Program-made: the position numbers and the translations under genes
The notes under the pieces: model-generated
Told to the model about the DNA's origin: nothing
The model's input: only the letters and a program-made list of their open reading frames with translations
The model's database searches: none
Part shown: piece after piece, positions 35,498 through 39,054 of the stretch
Layout of the letters: each line of letters opens with the position of its first letter
Position numbering within the stretch: position 1 is the stretch's first letter
IMG/VR virus record: IMGVR_UViG_3300014818_000016
Span: 1-39,054 of that record
Direction: 5' to 3' (one strand)
DNA from: a virus
Lineage: Duplodnaviria; Caudoviricetes
DNA length: 39,054 bases

Positions 35498-36161
35498 AGC
35501 CTCGATACCTGAAGCCATCACCCGCTACTTCCGCAGAAACTTAGACACGACAGACTACGCCCGGTTCGCAGCGCCTATTACATTGGCTGGGGATTTCTCT
35601 GGTAGCATTGACTTTCTAACTACAAATACTGGTAATGTCGCCCTTTTTAGTGGCGATACATTCAGTGTTTCTAGTGTTGCCATGGACGTTAATTCAGGCA
35701 ACGTAAGGCTATTTTGCTACAATTCATCAGGCGTTCAGCAAGGCGTGGTGCAGTTTAGTGGTACATATAATGACGGAGTGCTACACACAGCCACATTTTC
35801 TTTTACTGGTACAGTAGCGAGTTTATCTGTAGATGGTGGCACACCTGTGACAGGCACTTGGTCCTCGTATGACATTACAAACATCAGCAACTTATACAGA
35901 AGGGCTAATAACTCAAGCATATTTGACGGCATCCTAGCCAACCTAAAAATCTGGGACAATGGAACACTGATCACAGATTGTCCAATAGATGAGCCATCAG
36001 GCGCAACCATAATCGATCACGCTAGCGGCAATAACGCGACTATTATTAATGGTCTTGATGCTGATAGGGGGCCATTCAAAGAAGAGCCTGCGCTATGGAA
36101 GGGCCAAAACCTAACCGTACCGCCTTGGGATTCAGTCGATCAGGAGCTATTAAAGGCATGA
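35406..36161 (+). CDS. LamG/ConA-like beta-sandwich protein
   Basis: DG..H.......L.VDG and F.G.LANL.I motifs; D.SGNNAT. Confidence 0.6.
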   Translation: MAISLNSPKYADVNSLAYQMHKKQQDRKKRRASIPEAITRYFRRNLDTTDYARFAAPITLAGDFSGSIDFLTTNTGNVALFSGDTFSVSSVAMDVNSGNVRLFCYNSSGVQQGVVQFSGTYNDGVLHTATFSFTGTVASLSVDGGTPVTGTWSSYDITNISNLYRRANNSSIFDGILANLKIWDNGTLITDCPIDEPSGATIIDHASGNNATIINGLDADRGPFKEEPALWKGQNLTVPPWDSVDQELLKA

Positions 36162-36382
36162 GCGATATAAAAACACACTCAATAGTGGCGGATGATTCAG
36201 TCGAAGGCCGAGACTGCTGCCAGCTGCGGCCTAATCACAAGGGCGTGACAGTAATATACAAAGGCGTTACTGGCTGGCTGATTAGATATGTGACGACTTG
36301 CGAGCATAAGCTGATGGAGCTATCGACTACTGAGGCTAGAGAGTGTTTAAAGCAGGATGCGCCAGAAGAAGAGGATTTATAG
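36158..36382 (+). CDS. Hypothetical protein
   Basis: ATGA overlap with upstream stop; 74 aa. Confidence 0.55.
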   Translation: MSDIKTHSIVADDSVEGRDCCQLRPNHKGVTVIYKGVTGWLIRYVTTCEHKLMELSTTEARECLKQDAPEEEDL

Positions 36383-37204
36383 ATGAGTGATGCGCCATAT
36401 AATATCCAGGACTTTGGCCCTAGCGACTTGATGTCTAGTGAAGTTATTGACGATCGAAGATTAAAGGTTGAGACTCAGGCAAAATCTACTGAGGATTTCA
36501 TTCTAAAGGTGTCTAAAGGGTTGATACCAGGGCACAGGGTTCAATACATCCATAGTTATGCTACTGATATCGGAACAACAGAAGAGTTTATATGGCCCTT
36601 GAATGGGCAGTATACTTTTAACGATACGCCTTCGACTTTATGGCTAACAAGTTCTGATTCTGGAGATGCTGGTTTAATTTTTATTCGTTGGATTGATGGT
36701 AATTATGAAGAGCAGCAGGGCGTATATCAATTAAACGGCCAGACTCCAGTTGCTATTGGTACAGGTCTTAGAGTTAACCAGTCATTTACTGCTGGCGTCA
36801 GCCAAACTCAAGGAGATATTTACGTGTCTAATGCGCTAACTCATTCTGCTGGAGTTCCAACTCAGTCAACCACTGTAATGATGTATGAGCAGAAAACACA
36901 AACACGATCCATGGCGCTTTTTACTGTGCCAAGAAATCACACTGCTTTCGGATTGAGTGGTTATTTCAGCTCGCCAAAAAACAGAGATAACGACTTCTTT
37001 TGGAATGTGCGAAACCCGCTAGGATTATTGCCGCCCATTAATACTAATGTTGTTAGTGTTTATCAGACGACTACTGAAGTTGACTTTAAATTCACCTCGA
37101 TACCTGAAGAGACTGATGCTTGGTTTACAGCCAAGACAGAAACCGGTACGGGTCGGGTCAGTATAAGAATACCCACGCTTATTGTTAATAATGACTTTTT
37201 GTAA
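36383..37204 (+). CDS. Conserved phage structural-region protein
   Basis: V..GL.PG..., E.IW...Y, SSD..D, LNGQT.V, R.N and FTVP motifs. Confidence 0.65.
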   Translation: MSDAPYNIQDFGPSDLMSSEVIDDRRLKVETQAKSTEDFILKVSKGLIPGHRVQYIHSYATDIGTTEEFIWPLNGQYTFNDTPSTLWLTSSDSGDAGLIFIRWIDGNYEEQQGVYQLNGQTPVAIGTGLRVNQSFTAGVSQTQGDIYVSNALTHSAGVPTQSTTVMMYEQKTQTRSMALFTVPRNHTAFGLSGYFSSPKNRDNDFFWNVRNPLGLLPPINTNVVSVYQTTTEVDFKFTSIPEETDAWFTAKTETGTGRVSIRIPTLIVNNDFL

Positions 37205-37264
37205 GTTTGTTATAGTTTTAATGAGTGTGGTATATTTACACTATGAATAACAGAGAGTTTTAAA

Positions 37265-37750
37265 ATGTCGATTGTAGTAGAAGATGGAACAGGGGCGAAT
37301 CCTTTAGCTAACAGCTATGTATCTGAGGCTGAGCTAACGGCTTATGCCAATGACAGAGGTATAACTCTTACGGGTTCTGCTGACCATCTTTTATTGTTGT
37401 CGATGGATACGCTAGAAACTCGCAGCTACCAAGGCTCCAAGACTTCAACCGCTCAGCCGCTTCAATGGCCACGCTCTGGCGTTGTTGTTGATGGTGAATC
37501 TATTGATGACGATGAAATACCTAGCGACCTTAAAAGCGCTCAAATAGTTACGGCGCTATCGATCGACTCTGGCGTAAATCCCATGGGAACTATTAGCCCA
37601 GCGATTAAGCGTGAAAAAGTAGATGTGATTGAGGTTGAGTATCAAGACGGCGCAAGCTCCAGGTCTTACGATCCAAAGATTAACGCATACCTTCAGCCTT
37701 TATTGGCGTTTAAGGGTGGTTTTTCTAACTTTGCAGTAACTCGCTTATGA
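37265..37750 (+). CDS. Head-tail adaptor (DnaT-like/gp15-type)
   Basis: VEDGTG...ANSYVS, G......Q.L.WPR, IP..LK.AQ and EKVDVIEVEY motifs. Confidence 0.85.
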   Translation: MSIVVEDGTGANPLANSYVSEAELTAYANDRGITLTGSADHLLLLSMDTLETRSYQGSKTSTAQPLQWPRSGVVVDGESIDDDEIPSDLKSAQIVTALSIDSGVNPMGTISPAIKREKVDVIEVEYQDGASSRSYDPKINAYLQPLLAFKGGFSNFAVTRL

Positions 37751-38100
37751 CTTTCTACAGTGACAAGGCAGCTCTAGCTAGTAAGCTTTTAGCTAAGTAT
37801 GGCCAAGATGTTATCTTTAGCTATGAAGCTGGTGCGACTTACGACCCTGTTTTAATGACTGAAACGGGCGGAGTGGCTAACAATGAAACAGCTAAGGCAT
37901 TCCCGACTAAGTTTGGCAAAATGGAAGTTAGCGACACGATATTGAGTTCTGATATTAAGCTGCTAACTGAGAAGCTGACAACTAAGCCGCTCCCTAATTG
38001 GACTTGTTCGATTAGTGGCACTGAATACAGGGTGATGAACTCTGACGCTATCGGCTTGGTTGGTGATGAAGTTATTTACTATGTGCAATTGAGAAAATAA
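37747..38100 (+). CDS. Head closure protein
   Basis: A..LL.KYGQ...YDP and C-terminal Y.VQLR motifs. Confidence 0.8.
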   Translation: MTFYSDKAALASKLLAKYGQDVIFSYEAGATYDPVLMTETGGVANNETAKAFPTKFGKMEVSDTILSSDIKLLTEKLTTKPLPNWTCSISGTEYRVMNSDAIGLVGDEVIYYVQLRK

Positions 38101-38597
38101 TGGCTATCGAAATAGAGCAGGCACTCAATCAAAAATTAAACGCTTACGCAACTGGCAAATCAATCCCTGTTGAGTGGGATTTTTACAATGACGGAACAGA
38201 GCCAAGCTTGACGGGCATTCATTTTCGACAGAATTTATTGCCTGCTGATGTGGTTATTATTGGAATGGAAAATACGGGCAGCAATGACCATACGGGCATA
38301 TATCAAATAATGGTTTGTGGCCAAGCTGGTAAGCCTAGCGGGTCATTGAAGACTGAAGTTGACTTGGTGCTTGCTGAATTCAGTAGAGGCCAGTTAGTAA
38401 CCTATGACGGCGTAACGGTTATTATAGAAGGCGTTAACCATGCTCAGCCACTCTATTCTGAGGCGTATGTAAAAATTCCTATTTCGGTGTCGTACAGGGC
38501 TATTATTAGTAATGCGCCGACAATAATTCCACCTAACGCCATTACATTTAACGGCGACTATTTAACATTCAACGGAGCGTATGTAACGCACAGCTAA
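38100..38597 (+). CDS. Tail terminator (DUF4128-like) with C-terminal extension
   Basis: LP.........GIYQI.V....G, F.RG and PISV.YRA motifs, then extra TFNG repeats. Confidence 0.8.
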   Translation: MAIEIEQALNQKLNAYATGKSIPVEWDFYNDGTEPSLTGIHFRQNLLPADVVIIGMENTGSNDHTGIYQIMVCGQAGKPSGSLKTEVDLVLAEFSRGQLVTYDGVTVIIEGVNHAQPLYSEAYVKIPISVSYRAIISNAPTIIPPNAITFNGDYLTFNGAYVTHS

Positions 38598-38598
38598 T

Positions 38599-38778
38599 AT
38601 GGCAGAGATAAAGCTAGAAGATTTAATGGTCAGAAATTCACTGGCCGGCGATGTTGTTTTAACAATCGGGTTAGGCGGTCAGCTTGCAATGGTTAATATT
38701 GCTGCTGTAGGTGATGTCGTAATTATCGAACCAGTATACGGCCCTACAATTACAATTTCTAATATCGAGGTGCTGTAA
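38599..38778 (+). CDS. 59-aa protein MAEIKLEDL... (not in ORF track)
   Basis: Starts 1 nt after terminator-gene stop; TAATG coupling to next gene. Confidence 0.6.
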   Translation: MAEIKLEDLMVRNSLAGDVVLTIGLGGQLAMVNIAAVGDVVIIEPVYGPTITISNIEVL

Positions 38779-39054
38779 TGCCTACATCTATTTATATTAT
38801 TGATACAAACCCAGCCGCCCAAGCGGATGCTAATACCTACGCAACTATGTCCGAAGTTCAGGACGTTATGTGGGCGGATTGGGATTACGGCATTGCGGGT
38901 GCTGGTCAGCTAAAGGTTAAATTGCGCTGTTCGTCTGGCATACCGTATAGCGGGCCAATGGAAATCGGGGCTATTGCCCCAACTGCTGGCAACTCTATTC
39001 TTGTTGAGCCTGAGATAGTAAATGGTTTTCCGTTTGAGCAAATTGATGATGATG
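38778..39054 (+). CDS. N-terminal part of Ig-like domain protein (continues at position 1)
   Basis: Open to the window end; junction G|CG keeps the frame with 3..950. Confidence 0.7.
   Translation, partial: MPTSIYIIDTNPAAQADANTYATMSEVQDVMWADWDYGIAGAGQLKVKLRCSSGIPYSGPMEIGAIAPTAGNSILVEPEIVNGFPFEQIDDD

Noticed and set aside
752-38021. Many short opposite-strand or nested ORFs in the track (e.g. 752..1027, 8558..8842, 17596..17916, 26145..26555, 29428..29805, 33680..33898, 34968..35285)
   Set aside because: They overlap well-supported genes and lack RBS or recognisable motifs.

Overview
The window looks like a complete ~39 kb tailed dsDNA phage genome (siphovirus-type tail; gammaproteobacterial host by inference), opened inside one gene: the ORF running off the right end (38778..39054) joins in frame to the ORF at the left end (1..950). 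Plus strand 1-10.6 kb: tail module (Ig-like protein, HK97 gp10-like, tail tube, G/GT chaperones with a -1 frameshift, short tape measure, tip proteins, fibres). Minus strand 10.6-20.8 kb: lambdoid early/replication arm (Cro-like HTH, C5 DNA methyltransferase, initiator with 12-bp repeats, P-like loader, DnaB, DUF1367, KilAC antirepressor, NinG). Plus strand 20.9-39 kb: ERF, SSB, lysis genes, terminase, portal, head, HNH endonuclease, head-tail connectors. I see no integrase, CI-type repressor, tRNA or CRISPR array. The most unusual signals are RNA-level and cluster at 23.4-24.2 kb: (i) a slippery heptamer plus H-type pseudoknot that would add the DDDIPF acidic tail to SSB only by -1 frameshifting; (ii) a promoter and attenuator-like leader; (iii) a ~350-nt ORF-free, multibranched structured RNA candidate. 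A related structured leader precedes the antirepressor, and two small RNA candidates lie at 19.2-19.4 kb. All family calls are from motif recognition and synteny, without database searches.
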